Assembly (NCBI RefSeq): GCF_030645195.1
Contig: NZ_JAUSLW010000111.1
Span: forward strand, 1,885-65,884
Direction: 5' to 3'
DNA length: 64,000 nucleotides
From: Phenylobacterium sp.
GTDB lineage: Bacteria > Pseudomonadota > Alphaproteobacteria > Caulobacterales > Caulobacteraceae
The number at the start of each line of letters is the position of its first letter. Within the stretch, counting starts at the first letter, position 1. The notes beneath the pieces are model-generated. The model searched no databases and was not told the origin of the DNA. It saw only the letters and a program-made list of their open reading frames with translations. Positions 20,650 to 34,719 of the stretch are shown here, one piece after another. The position numbers were made by a program, and so were the translations under genes.

Positions 20650-21969
20650 GTGGCGGCGTCTGCCCACGCACGGGCCGCGGCGGCCACCTCCGGGACCGCC
20701 GCGGCCCTGAAGCCGGCGAAGGGCGCCTGGCCGGTGCTGGCGATCCTCTGCTTCGTCTATGTGCTGAACTTCCTGGACCGGCAGCTCCTGTCGATCCTGG
20801 CCAAGCCCATCCAGGACGAGCTCGGGGTCACCGACGGTCAGCTCGGTCTGATCAGCGGCCTCTACTTCGCGCTGTTCTACTGCCTGATCTCCATTCCGGT
20901 CGGCTGGCTGGCCGATCGGACCAACCGGGTGCGTGTTCTGGTCGTCGCCTGCGGCCTGTGGAGCGCGGCGACCATGGGGTGCGGGCTGTCGGCCAACTAT
21001 CCGCAGCTCGTCCTGGCGCGGATGACCGTGGGCGTCGGCGAGGCGGGCGGGGTGCCGCCCTCCTACGCCATCATCAGCGACTACTTCCCACCCGGCCGCA
21101 GGGGCACGGCGCTGGGCCTGTTCAACCTCGGACCGCCGATCGGCCAGGCGCTGGGGGTCGCGTTCGGGGCGGCCATCGCGGCGGCTTATAGCTGGCGGGC
21201 GGCCTTCATCATCCTGGGTGCGGTCGGCATCGTCGCCGCCCTCGTGGTGCTGCTGGGCGTGCGCGAGCCGGTCCGGGGCGGGCTCGATCGCGGGGGCCCA
21301 CCCAAGGGATCGGCCGGCCCCGCTCCCTTCTGGCCGACGGTGCGCATGTTCTTCGCCACCCCGGCCCTGCGGCTGGTGGCCCTGGCGAGCGCGGCGACCC
21401 AGATCATCACCTATGGGGCTGGCAACTTCACGACCCTGTTCCTGATGCGCGAGAAGGGCATGACCCTGCCGGACATCTCGCTCTGGTACGCCCTGGTGGT
21501 GGCGGTGGGCATGGGCGGCGGGATCTTCGTCTCGGGCCGGGTGATCGATCGGTTCACGCGAACCTCGAAGGCGGCCTATGCGACCGTGCCGGCCCTGACC
21601 CTGTCGCTGGCCGTCCTGCCCTATCTGGCCTTCGTCTGGGCCCCGACCTGGCCGCTGGCCCTGGTGTTCCTGCTGGGGCCGACCTTCCTCAACTACTTCT
21701 ATCTCTCCTCGGCGGTGGCGCTGGTCCAGGCGGAGGTGGCCCCCGAGCAGCGCGTGTTGTCGGGCGCCCTGCTGCTGCTGGTGATGAACCTGATCGGCAT
21801 GGGCGTGGGACCGACCTTCGTCGGCCTGGTCAGCGACGCCCTGAAGGCCAGCCATCCGCAGACCTCGCTGCAACTGGCCTTCTACGCCCTGGCGCCGGTC
21901 TATGCGCTCGCCGTGGGGCTGTTCCTGGCGCTCGCCCGCGTGCTCCGGCGGGAGGAGGCCCGAGCATGA
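20650..21969 (+). CDS. MFS transporter (spinster-like)
   Basis: NFLDRQ, GWLADRTNR, GVGEAG; about 12 hydrophobic segments. Confidence 0.9.
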   Translation: MAASAHARAAAATSGTAAALKPAKGAWPVLAILCFVYVLNFLDRQLLSILAKPIQDELGVTDGQLGLISGLYFALFYCLISIPVGWLADRTNRVRVLVVACGLWSAATMGCGLSANYPQLVLARMTVGVGEAGGVPPSYAIISDYFPPGRRGTALGLFNLGPPIGQALGVAFGAAIAAAYSWRAAFIILGAVGIVAALVVLLGVREPVRGGLDRGGPPKGSAGPAPFWPTVRMFFATPALRLVALASAATQIITYGAGNFTTLFLMREKGMTLPDISLWYALVVAVGMGGGIFVSGRVIDRFTRTSKAAYATVPALTLSLAVLPYLAFVWAPTWPLALVFLLGPTFLNYFYLSSAVALVQAEVAPEQRVLSGALLLLVMNLIGMGVGPTFVGLVSDALKASHPQTSLQLAFYALAPVYALAVGLFLALARVLRREEARA

Positions 21970-23605
21970 GAGGGTGGCTGGGCTTGACCCTGGCCCTGGC
22001 GCTGGGCGTCGGGGCCGCCGCGGCGCGGCCGCCGCCGGTGGTCCTGGCGCCGGCGGGGGCCGCGCGGGGCGAGGCGGCGGGTGAGGTGAACGTCTTCCGA
22101 GGCCTGCCCTATGCGGCCCCGCCGGTGGGCGCGCTGCGATGGCGGCCGCCGGCGCCGCTGAAGCCCTGGAGCGGGGTGAGGGAGGCCAAGGCGTTCGGCC
22201 CGGCCTGCCTGCAGCCACGGGCGCCGCCGGGCGGGATCTATGCGAGCGAACTGCCGCGGCTTAGCGAGGACTGCCTGACGCTGAACGTCTGGGCCCCGGC
22301 GCATCCGCCGAGCGGCTCGGCCGCCGCGCCGGTGATGGTGTGGATCCACGGCGGCTCCCTCGCCACCGGCTCCGGCCGCGAGAGCATGTATGATGGCGCG
22401 GCCCTGGCCCGGCGGGGCCTCGTGGTGGTGTCCATCAACTATCGCTTGGGGGTGCTGGGCTGGCTGGCGCATCCGGAGCTCAGCGCCGAGAGCCCCGATG
22501 GGGTCTCGGGAAACTACGGCCTGTTGGACCAGATCGCCGCGCTCACCTGGGTCCGGCGCAACATCGCCGCCTTCGGGGGCGACCCGGCCAGGGTGACCGT
22601 GGCCGGCGAGTCCGCCGGGGCGCTCAGTGTCATGTACCTGATGGCCACGCCCCTGGCGCGCGGCCTGTTCGACAAGGCGATCGCGCAGAGCGCCTACATG
22701 ATCTCGACGCCGGAACTGAAGGCGGCTCGGTTCGGGGAGAGGCCGGCGGAGGCGGCGGGAGTGCAGCTCGCCGAGCGTCTGGGCGCCAGCGGTCTGGCGG
22801 CGCTGCGCGCCCTGGACGCCGCGGAACTCGTCGACAGGGCGCCGAAGGCCGGCTTCGCCCCGTTCGGGGTCGTCGACGGAAAGGTGCTGCCTCGCCAGCT
22901 GGTGGAGGTCTTCGACCGGGGCGAGCAGGCGCCGGCGGCGGTGCTGGCCGGCTACAACGCCGGCGAGATCCGCTCGCTGCGGTTCCTGGCCGCGCCCCGG
23001 CCCGCGAGCGCGGCCGCCTACGAGCAGGTGATCGGTGCGCGCTATGGCGACCTGGCCGAGGCCTTCCTGCGGCTCTATCCGGCCGGCGATCTGGCCGAGA
23101 GCCTGCTGGCCGCGCCCCGCGACGCCCTCTACGGCTGGACCGCCGAGCGGCTGGCGGCGACCCAGGCCGCCGCCGGGCGGCCGTCGTTCCTCTATCTGTT
23201 CGACCACGGCTATCCGGCCGCCGACGACCTCGGCCTGCACGCCTTCCACGCCGCCGAGATCCCCTACGTCTTCGGGACGCGGGACAAGACGCCGCCAGCC
23301 TGGCCCAAGCCGCCGAACTCCGGCGCCGAGATGCGCTTCGCAGACGCCGTGCAGGACTACTGGGTGAGCTTCGTGAAGACCGGGGTCCCGGCCGCCGTGG
23401 GCCAGCCGGCCTGGCGCTCCTATGGCGAGGGCCGCGTCTTCATGGCCTTGGAGGACGTCCCGCGCGCGAAGACGCGGCTGGCGCCTGGCATGTACGAGCT
23501 GAACGAGGAGGTCGTCCGACGCCGCCGCGCGCGGGGCGACACCCCGTGGAACTGGAATATCGGCCTCGCCGCGCCTGCCTCGCCGCCTGAGCCCCCGGAA
23601 CGCCG

Positions 23606-23609
<4 letters not shown>
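21966..23609 (+). CDS. Secreted carboxylesterase, type B family
   Basis: FRGLPYA, SEDCLTLNVW, GESAG, FHAAEI. Confidence 0.92.
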
Positions 23610-25192
<1,583 letters not shown>

Positions 25193-25224
25193 CGCCCGCC
25201 GCCATCGCGTTGAAAGAGTGCCGC

Positions 25225-25920
25225 GTGCCCGACAGCTTGAAACCCCGGAGACGGTCCAAGAAGGCCGAACAACGCGCCGAGTCGATGGAGCAGATCCTCG
25301 ACGTGGCCGAGGAGCTCTTCTCCCGGCACGGGCTGTACGGCGTCACCCTGCAGGACGTCGCCCGGCGGGTCGGCGTCCACCACACGCTGCTGAACTATTA
25401 TTTCGAGGACAAGAAGAGGCTGTTCGACGCGGTGTTCGCGCGGCGCGCCGTGGTGACCAGCGAGCGGCGGATGAAGGCGCTCGACGAATACGAGGCCTCG
25501 GTCGGCGGCAAGCCGACTGTGGAGGGCGCGCTACATGCGTTCCTGGACACCGATCTCGATCTCTACAGCCAGGGCGGCGAGGGCTGGAAGCACTACGGCG
25601 CCCTGGGGGCGCTGGTCTCCAACACGCCGGAATGGGGCGCCGACCTGATGGATCAGCACTTCGATCCCGTGGTGCTGCGGTTGATCGACCTGCTGGGCAA
25701 GGCGCTGCCCGATTGCCCGGAGGAGGATATCTTCTGGGGCTACCACTTCGTGACGGGCGCCCTGATGGTGACGCTCGCCCGGACGGGCCGCATCGACAAG
25801 CTCTCTGGCGGCCGCTGCCGGTCGGAGGACTTCCCGGCCGTGAAGCAGCGCATGGCGCGGTTCATGGCCGCCGGCTTCCTCGAAATCTGCGGGGTTTCCC
25901 CCGCCACCAAGCCCGGCTGA
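25225..25920 (+). CDS. TetR/AcrR family regulator
   Basis: ILDVAEELFSRHG..VTLQDVARRVGV..LLNYYF HTH; GTG start inferred. Confidence 0.9.
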   Translation: MPDSLKPRRRSKKAEQRAESMEQILDVAEELFSRHGLYGVTLQDVARRVGVHHTLLNYYFEDKKRLFDAVFARRAVVTSERRMKALDEYEASVGGKPTVEGALHAFLDTDLDLYSQGGEGWKHYGALGALVSNTPEWGADLMDQHFDPVVLRLIDLLGKALPDCPEEDIFWGYHFVTGALMVTLARTGRIDKLSGGRCRSEDFPAVKQRMARFMAAGFLEICGVSPATKPG

Positions 25921-25930
25921 GCCGCCGCCC

Positions 25931-26188
25931 TCATGGGGGCGGCGCGGCGCCCTTGCGCGCCAGATAGGCGACTAGCGAGGCGAGGCTGGCCAGCTTGGCG
26001 GCGTCCGCGTCGGGGATGTCCACGCCCAACCGTTGGTGCAGCGCCGTCAGCAGGTTGAGGAAGTCCATGGAATCGAGGTCGACCTGCTCCCGAAGGTCGA
26101 GCGCGGGATCGAGGGTCTCGAAGGCGATCTCCGGAGCCAGGCGCGCGAGCTCATCGCGGATCACGGCGAGGATGTCAGCCTCGTTCAT
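25931..26188 (-). CDS. Acyl carrier protein
   Basis: DLDSMDFL phosphopantetheine site; 85 aa and acidic. Confidence 0.88.
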   Translation of the reverse strand: MNEADILAVIRDELARLAPEIAFETLDPALDLREQVDLDSMDFLNLLTALHQRLGVDIPDADAAKLASLASLVAYLARKGAAPPP

Positions 26189-27345
26189 AGGGACTCCGGG
26201 GTCTGCAGACGTCGGCCGACCTCGGCCAGGAACAGCGCGCCCCGGTGGCCGTCGCTGACGCGATGATCGGCCGCGAGCGTCAGGCCGACCACGGGCCTGG
26301 GCCCGATGGCGCCGTCGACGACCCAGGGGCGTTCGACCACCTTGCCGAAGCCGACGATCGCCACCTGGGGCGGATAGATCACCCCAAACAGCGCCTCGAC
26401 GCCCCGGTCCCCCAGGCTGGAGACGGTGAGGGTCGGGTCGGCGATCTCGGAGCTACGGAAGCGGCCGGCGCGGACCCGGCCCACCAGGTCGCGCATCTGC
26501 GCCATGAGGGTCTCCAGGCTGAGGTCGGCGGTGTCGTGGATGGCCGGCGCCGCCAGGCCGCCGCCGCGCAAGGCGATCGCCATGCCGACATGGACGGCGG
26601 CGCTGGGCCGGAAGGCGCCGTTCTCGAAGAATCCGTTGAATTCCGGATAGGCGCGGGCGGCCAGCGCCGTCGCCTTCACGAAGAGCGCGCCCATCAGCAG
26701 GCGCGTCTCGGGCGGTCGCTCGGCGTTGGCCGCGGCCAGCCAGTCACGGGCGGCTGTGATCTCGACCGTGTCGGAGAGGTAGTAGTGCGGAATCTCGTGC
26801 TTGGAGCGCGACATGGCCGCGGCGATCGCCGCGCGCATCTGGCTGAAATCGAAGGGCGCGGCGGCCGGCGCCGCCGGCGGGGCGGCGGGCAGGTCGGCGA
26901 GCTGGATCGCGCCGCCCGGGCCCGTGCCGGTCAGCGCCGCCAGGTCCAGGCCACGCTCGGCCGCCAGGCGTCGCGCCGCCGGAGAAATCCGCACCCGCCC
27001 GGCCGGGGACGGGTGCGTCACGGACGGCGGGGCGGCGGGCGCGAGGGTTGGCGCTGCGGGCGGAGGGCGATCGACGGGCGGTGGAATGGCTTGCGCCTGC
27101 GCCGGTTCGCCCTCCGTACGGATCATGGCGAGCGGGGCGCCGACGGGCACGGTGGCGCCCGGCTCCGCCAGGAGGCGCTCCACCGTTCCGGCCTCGAAGA
27201 TCTCGATCTCGATGGCGCCCTTCTGGGTCTCCACCACCGCGACGATGTCTCCGCGCTTGACCGCCTGGCCCGGTTTCACGAGCCACTCCACGAGGGCGCC
27301 CGCCTCCATGTCCGCGCCCAGCGACGGCATGCGGAACTCGCCCAT
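26185..27345 (-). CDS. 2-oxoacid dehydrogenase E2 (dihydrolipoamide acyltransferase)
   Basis: Lipoyl domain VETQKG, E3-binding-like SPAARRLAAERGLDL..GTGPGG, catalytic DHRVSDG. Confidence 0.92.
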   Translation of the reverse strand: MGEFRMPSLGADMEAGALVEWLVKPGQAVKRGDIVAVVETQKGAIEIEIFEAGTVERLLAEPGATVPVGAPLAMIRTEGEPAQAQAIPPPVDRPPPAAPTLAPAAPPSVTHPSPAGRVRISPAARRLAAERGLDLAALTGTGPGGAIQLADLPAAPPAAPAAAPFDFSQMRAAIAAAMSRSKHEIPHYYLSDTVEITAARDWLAAANAERPPETRLLMGALFVKATALAARAYPEFNGFFENGAFRPSAAVHVGMAIALRGGGLAAPAIHDTADLSLETLMAQMRDLVGRVRAGRFRSSEIADPTLTVSSLGDRGVEALFGVIYPPQVAIVGFGKVVERPWVVDGAIGPRPVVGLTLAADHRVSDGHRGALFLAEVGRRLQTPESL

Positions 27346-27347
27346 GG

Positions 27348-29347
27348 TCAGGCGCGCCCCAGGGCGGCCTTGGCCGCGGCGACGATCTTGTCGGCCTGCG
27401 GCAGGGCGGCCTCCTCAAGGTGGCGAGCATAGGGGATCGGAACCTCCTGGCTGCAGACCCGGGCGGGCGGGGCGTCCAGTTCGAAGAAGGCCTGTTCGAC
27501 GATCCGCATGCCGATCTCCGCGGCCAGGGCGCCCGAGCGCCAGCCTTCGTCGACGATCACCGCGCGGCGGGTCCTGGCGACGGAGGCGAGGATGGCGGCC
27601 TCGTCGAGGGGCCGCAGCACCCTCAGGTCCAGCACCTCGGCCTCTATGCCGTCGGCCGCCAGGCGCTCGGCCGCCTCCAGGGTCTTCCACAGCGAGCCGC
27701 CATAGGTGATCAGGCTGATATCCTTGCCCGGCCGGCGGACGGCGGCCTTGTCGATGTCGACGGCCCCAGCGTCGGGGGAGAGCAGGCCGGTCCGATTGTA
27801 GAGCATGACGTGCTCGAAGATCAGCACCGGGTCCGGCTCCTGCAGGGCGGTCCAGAGCATGCCGCGGGCGTCCTCCACCGTCGCTGGGGCGAGGATGCGC
27901 AGGCCGGGAATGTGGGCGTACCAGCCCTCCAGGCTGTGGGAGTGCTGGGCGGCGAGCTGGCGGCCCGCGCCGGTGGCCATGCGGATCACCAGCGGGCAGC
28001 CGAACTGGTTGCCCGACATGTGGCGGATGGTGGCGGCGTTGTTCAGGATCTGGTCGAGGGCCAGCAGGCTGAAATTCACCGTCATCAGCTCGACGATGGG
28101 CCGCATCCCGGCCATGGCGGCGCCCAGGCCGGCGCCGGTGAAGGCCGATTCCGAGAGCGGGGTGTCGCGGATGCGGGCGGCCCCGAACTCGTCGAGCAGA
28201 CCCTTGGAGACCGCGTAACAGCCGCCGTACTTGCCGACATCCTCGCCCATCAGGAAGACCCGCTCGTCGCGCAGCATCGCGTCGCGGATTCCCTGCCTGG
28301 CGGCCTCGCGATAGGTGATCTCCTGCGGCGTCGCGGCCGATGCGGCGATTTCCGGGGCCGGCGGACGCTCGGGCGCACAGACATATTTGGCGAGATCGGC
28401 CACCGGCTCCCACGGCGCGGCCTCGGCGAAGGCGACCGCGGCGCTGACCTCCGCGGCGGCTTGCGCCTCCAGGCGCACGACGTCCTCGGCGTGGAGGAGA
28501 TTGGCCGAAAGCGCCCAGTCCCGGAATCGCGAGATCGGGTCCTTGGCCTTCCAGGCCTCGACCTCGGCCTTTTCCCGGTACAGCTGGGCGTCGAACATCG
28601 AATGCGCTCGGAACCGGTAGGTGCGGCACTCCAGGAAGAAGGGCTTGCCGGTCTCCCGGATCGCCGCGATCGCCCGCCGGGCCGCGGCTTCCACCGCCAC
28701 CACGTCCATTCCGTCCACGACCTCCGAGACGATGCGATAGCTCTCGGCCTTGAGGTGGATGTCGGTCTCGGCCTCCGAGCGATCAAGGGCCGTGCCCATG
28801 GCGTAGCGGTTGTTCTCGCAGACGAAGAGCACCGGCAGGTCCCAGAGCGCGGCCAGGTTCAGGCTCTCGTGGAACTCGCCCTCGGCCACCGCGCCCTCGC
28901 CGAAGAAACAGGCGGTGACGTTGTCTTCCTGGCGCAGGTGATCGGCCAGGGCCAGACCCGCGGCCACCGGCAGGCCGCCGCCGACGATGGCGTTGCCGCC
29001 GTAGAAGTTCGCCGCCCGGTCGAACAGGTGCATCGAGCCGCCGCGCCCGCCGCTGCAGCCGGACTGCTTGCCGAACATCTCGGCCATGACGGCGGTCATC
29101 GGCACGCCGCGGGCGAGCGCATGGCCGTGCTCGCGATAGGTGGCGACGACCCGGTCGCGGGACTCCAGCAGCGGGACGACGCCGACGGCGATCGCCTCCT
29201 CCCCGTCATAGAGGTGCAGGAAGCCGCGGATCTTCTCCTGGGTGTAGGCCTCGGCGCAGGCTTGCTCGAAGGCGCGGATGCGGATCATGCGCCCCAGCTG
29301 CTCGCTGACATGGGCGTGGGACAGGTGGGGCTTCAGGGCGTTGTCGC

Positions 29348-29351
<4 letters not shown>
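27348..29351 (-). CDS. Pyruvate dehydrogenase-like E1 with alpha and beta subunits fused (667 aa)
   Basis: Alpha part: RGFLHLY, GEGA..ENN ThDP motif. Beta part starts near 28325: TYREA, DTPLSE. No stop between them; ATG overlaps the acsA stop. Confidence 0.9.
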
Positions 29352-31105
<1,754 letters not shown>

Positions 31106-31107
31106 GG

Positions 31108-31563
31108 TCAGGCCAGGGAGTCGGCGTCGCCGTCGACGTCGGGCCGGACCGCCTCGGGCGGCAGGGCGATCCGGTTGTCCACCGACCGGACGCCGGGGAG
31201 GGTCCAGGCGAGCCGCTCGGCGGCGTCGCGATCGAACCAGCTCGCCGCCCGGCCAGACAGGATCACCGCGCCGCCGGCTTCCGCGACCTCGACGCCGTCA
31301 CAGGGTACGCCCTCGCGCCCCAGCAAGGTCAGGAGACGGGTCCGGGCGTCTCCCGGTGGCGAGGCCACCTCCAGGTGGTTGCGGACATCGAGAACCTCGG
31401 GGAGCCGCAGCAATTCCTGCTCGATCAGGACGCGCCGCATCTCGTCGGGAACCGAGCCCGTGAGGGTCACGACGCCCTCGAAGACCGCAGCGGTGATCGC
31501 GCCGCCGCCGCCCAGGCGCTCAAGCTCGACGGTGACGATGTCCTGGAGGGCCTTGTCGTTCAT
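31108..31563 (-). CDS. Double BON-domain protein
   Basis: Two GxVxLxG..(A)..xPGVxxVxNxL-type repeats; start at 31563 or 31566. Confidence 0.8.
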   Translation of the reverse strand: MNDKALQDIVTVELERLGGGGAITAAVFEGVVTLTGSVPDEMRRVLIEQELLRLPEVLDVRNHLEVASPPGDARTRLLTLLGREGVPCDGVEVAEAGGAVILSGRAASWFDRDAAERLAWTLPGVRSVDNRIALPPEAVRPDVDGDADSLA

Positions 31564-31618
31564 CACAAACCTCGCATGCTGCGACGGTCGAACACTGGGG
31601 TGTTCAGGCGGGGCCGCA

Positions 31619-31632
31619 TTGCGATCCATCAA
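31619..31632 (-). promoter_or_regulatory. FixK/FNR-type box upstream of the BON-acsA-PDH-ACP operon
   Basis: TTGAT-GGAT-CGCAA on the minus strand, centred about 60 bp before the BON start. Confidence 0.55.
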
Positions 31633-31691
31633 GCGCCGCGCCGGCCTTGGCGACCCGCGCCGCTCGCCACGCAGGACCTCCCGCAATCCGC

Positions 31692-32249
31692 CTAGTGCGC
31701 TGCTGTCGGCGCGTCGCGGGTGGCGCCCGTCAGGCTGTTGACGATCTTGGCGGCGCCGGGCGCGGCGGAGTCGCCGATCCCCCACCCCGCCGGGCACGCG
31801 CCCAGGCGCTGGTAGCGTCGGACCTGCTCAAAATTCGGCCCCTTCTTGTCTTGGCGCGTGACGGCCATGTCGACCGTGAAGTCACGGGCGCGGTCGCCCT
31901 CGACCGAGGAGCCGACGCGGTAGAGCTGGTCGTCGATGCGACAGCGGACGGAATAGGTGTCTCCGGTCTCGACCGCCTCGCCCACCCGGACGCAGGGCTG
32001 GCCGTTGACCTCCGGGGCGGGGCGCACGAAGGCGGCCTGGATGCTTTGGTCCGCGCAGATCTGAAGTTGGCTCACGGTCTTGCCGCCGTCCAGGACCTCG
32101 ATGAGCCACAGGCTCGTCGGATCGGCGGGCGCGGCGGCGGGAACCGCCGGCTTGGCGGTCGCCGCGGGTTCTGTCTTGCGCTCGCAGGCCGTCGTGGCCG
32201 CGGCAAGGCCGCAGATCGCCAAGAGCGAGATGATGGGCGCCTTATGCAT
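31692..32249 (-). CDS. Predicted lipoprotein, DUF3617-like
   Basis: Lipobox-like LAAATTAC; four further Cys ending in RLGACP. Confidence 0.6.
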   Translation of the reverse strand: MHKAPIISLLAICGLAAATTACERKTEPAATAKPAVPAAAPADPTSLWLIEVLDGGKTVSQLQICADQSIQAAFVRPAPEVNGQPCVRVGEAVETGDTYSVRCRIDDQLYRVGSSVEGDRARDFTVDMAVTRQDKKGPNFEQVRRYQRLGACPAGWGIGDSAAPGAAKIVNSLTGATRDAPTAAH

Positions 32250-32300
32250 GGGGGACCTCCTGCGTCTGGCCAGACTGTGCGCCCCGCGCCGGCGCCGACA

Positions 32301-32314
32301 TTGAGCCGGATCAA
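32301..32314 (-). promoter_or_regulatory. FixK/FNR-type box upstream of the lipoprotein gene
   Basis: TTGAT-CCGG-CTCAA (1 mismatch), centred about 58 bp before the ATG. Confidence 0.55.
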
Positions 32315-32442
32315 GTCGCCTCGATCTCATCGCGTGTGGCAGGTTGCGACCGCGGCGCGAGCCTTCGCATAAAGTCGACATTCCAAGGCTATGCACCGGG
32401 GGCTGCGGGCCGCCTGGTCTCCGGAAGCCCGAGAGGAATTGC

Positions 32443-33744
32443 ATGTTCAGGTTCGGCCTCGTCCTGGCCCTTGGCCTCTTCGCCACCGTCGCCGTCGCCG
32501 AAACCCCACCCAGCCGTCCGGGGATCGACGCGCCGGAACTGGCCCGGCTCGGGACCCATGGCGTTGGCGTGCGATCCATCATCCTCGTCCAGCCCGGCCA
32601 GGCGGACATCCTGGCCTATGACGCCGCCAAGGGCGCCGCGCCCCTGAAGGCCCGCAGCCTGCCGGTGGACATCTGGTACCCCGCCACGGCGCCGGCCAAC
32701 GCCAGGCCCGTCACCTATGCCGACACCCTGCCGGCCGAACCACCGAAGCCCCCGGCGGCCTTCACCGTGGCCGGGGTGGCGGTGCGCGACGCGCCGCCGC
32801 TCAAGGGCGCCTTTCCCCTGGTGATCCTCTCCCACGGCTACAGCGGCACGCCCGCGGCCATGACCTGGCTGGCGGAGAACCTGGCCTCCAAGGGCTATGT
32901 GGTGGCGGGCATCCACCATCGCGATCCCGATATCAGCGACGGCAAGGGGTTCCCAGAGCCCTTCATGCGCCGGCCCCTGGACATCGCCTTCGTGGCCCAT
33001 GAACTCCGGGCCCAGGCCGGCAAGGGCGCCCTGCTGGGAGCCGATATCAGCCGCGTGGCGCTGATGGGCTATTCCATGGGCGGCTACGGCGTGCTGACCG
33101 TGGCGGGCGGAAGCCTGGACCCGGCCGGCGGCGCGGCCGCGATCCCGGGCGGCCTGATGAAACCCTATACTCGCGGCGGAGCCCGGGCCGGCGAGCTGGC
33201 GGTCCCCGGTCTGAAGGCGGTGGTGGCCATCGCCCCCGCTGGCGTCCGCTTCAAGACCTGGGGCCCCGAGGGCCTGGCCGGCGTCACCGCGCCGCTGCTG
33301 ATCATCGCCGGCGACCAGGACCGCACTGTGGGCTTCTCCGACGGGATCAAGCCGGTCTTCGACCAGGCGGTCCACGCCGACCGCTACATGCTGGTCTTCG
33401 AGAACGGCGGCCACAGCATCGGCATGAGCAGCGCGCCCCCCTCGATGCGCGACACCCTGTGGGACTTCCACTGGTTCGAGGATCCGGCCTGGCGCAAGGA
33501 CAAGATCATGGCTGTCAGTCAGCACATGATCACCGCCTTCCTTGATCTCCATGTGAAGGACGACGCCAGCCGCGCCGCCTATCTCGACACCGACGTCGCG
33601 CGCGGGAACGACGCCAAATGGCCCTCGCCGGCGCCGGCCGGTTATGGCGCCTTCAGTCCCGGCGGTCCCGGCCTGACCTGGAAGGGCTTTCCCCGCAACG
33701 GCGCCCAGGGCCTGGAGCTGCATCACCGGCCGCCAGCGCCCTGA
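32443..33744 (+). CDS. Secreted alpha/beta hydrolase (dienelactone hydrolase/PAF-AH-like)
   Basis: Signal peptide, ILSHGY, GYSMGG, GDQD, GGHS. Confidence 0.85.
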   Translation: MFRFGLVLALGLFATVAVAETPPSRPGIDAPELARLGTHGVGVRSIILVQPGQADILAYDAAKGAAPLKARSLPVDIWYPATAPANARPVTYADTLPAEPPKPPAAFTVAGVAVRDAPPLKGAFPLVILSHGYSGTPAAMTWLAENLASKGYVVAGIHHRDPDISDGKGFPEPFMRRPLDIAFVAHELRAQAGKGALLGADISRVALMGYSMGGYGVLTVAGGSLDPAGGAAAIPGGLMKPYTRGGARAGELAVPGLKAVVAIAPAGVRFKTWGPEGLAGVTAPLLIIAGDQDRTVGFSDGIKPVFDQAVHADRYMLVFENGGHSIGMSSAPPSMRDTLWDFHWFEDPAWRKDKIMAVSQHMITAFLDLHVKDDASRAAYLDTDVARGNDAKWPSPAPAGYGAFSPGGPGLTWKGFPRNGAQGLELHHRPPAP

Positions 33745-33783
33745 GGGCTTGGCCCCGGCGCCGGCGCGCCCTTAGTGTGGGCC

Positions 33784-34719
33784 ATGCGAGTCATCGGTCA
33801 GGACGAGGTGCGGGAACGGCTGACCTATGAGGTGGCCATTCCCATCGTGCGGGCGGCGATGATCGCGCTCTCAGCCGGGGAGACCCGCCAGCATCTGCGC
33901 TCCATCATCCCCCTGGCCGAGGGCCGGCTGTTCGGCATCATGCCCGGCGCCCTGGGGGAGCGGGCCGCCTTCGGCGCCAAGCTGATCAGCATCTTCCCCG
34001 AGAACTTCGCCAAGGGCGCCCCGTCCCACCAGGGCGTCGTCGTCCTGTTCGACCCCGAGACCGGCGCGCCCATCTGCATCGCCCACGCCGGGGAGGTCAC
34101 CGCCATCCGCACCGCCGCCGCCAGCGCGGTGGCCACCGACGCCTTGGCCCGTCCCGAGGCCACGCGCCTGGCGATCCTCGGCTATGGGGAGCAGGCGCAA
34201 ACTCACCTGCGCGCCCTGCGCCATGTGCGCCCCATCGACCACGTCACGGTCTGGGGGAGATCACCCGAGCGGGCGGCGGCCTTCGCCGCGCGCATGGCCG
34301 CCGAGACCGGCCTGTCGGTGGAGCCCTCCGCCGATGTCGAGCGCGCGGTGGCGGCCGCCGACATCATCTGCACGGTCAGCGGATCGGAGGAGCCGATCCT
34401 GAAGGGCGCCTGGGTGGCCCCCGGAACCCACCTCAACCTGGTGGGCTCCAGCCGCCCCGGCCCCGTGGAGGTGGACGAGGACCTGGTGGCGGCCTGCCGC
34501 TTCATCGCCGACAGCCGCGAGGGGGTGTTGGCCCAGGGGGCGGAGTTCCTCAAGGCCAAGGCTTCGGGCCGCATCGGCGACGACCATGTCGTCGGCGAGA
34601 TCGGGCAGGTGCTGTCGGGCGCCATCCCCGGCCGCCAGTCGCAGGGCCAGATCACCGCCTACAAGTCTCTGGGCCACATCGTCCAGGACCTCGCCAGTGT
34701 CCAGGCCCTATGCCGCTGA
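33784..34719 (+). CDS. Ornithine cyclodeaminase/mu-crystallin family protein
   Basis: TAIRTAAASA, GYGEQA, TAYKSLG. Confidence 0.9.
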   Translation: MRVIGQDEVRERLTYEVAIPIVRAAMIALSAGETRQHLRSIIPLAEGRLFGIMPGALGERAAFGAKLISIFPENFAKGAPSHQGVVVLFDPETGAPICIAHAGEVTAIRTAAASAVATDALARPEATRLAILGYGEQAQTHLRALRHVRPIDHVTVWGRSPERAAAFAARMAAETGLSVEPSADVERAVAAADIICTVSGSEEPILKGAWVAPGTHLNLVGSSRPGPVEVDEDLVAACRFIADSREGVLAQGAEFLKAKASGRIGDDHVVGEIGQVLSGAIPGRQSQGQITAYKSLGHIVQDLASVQALCR

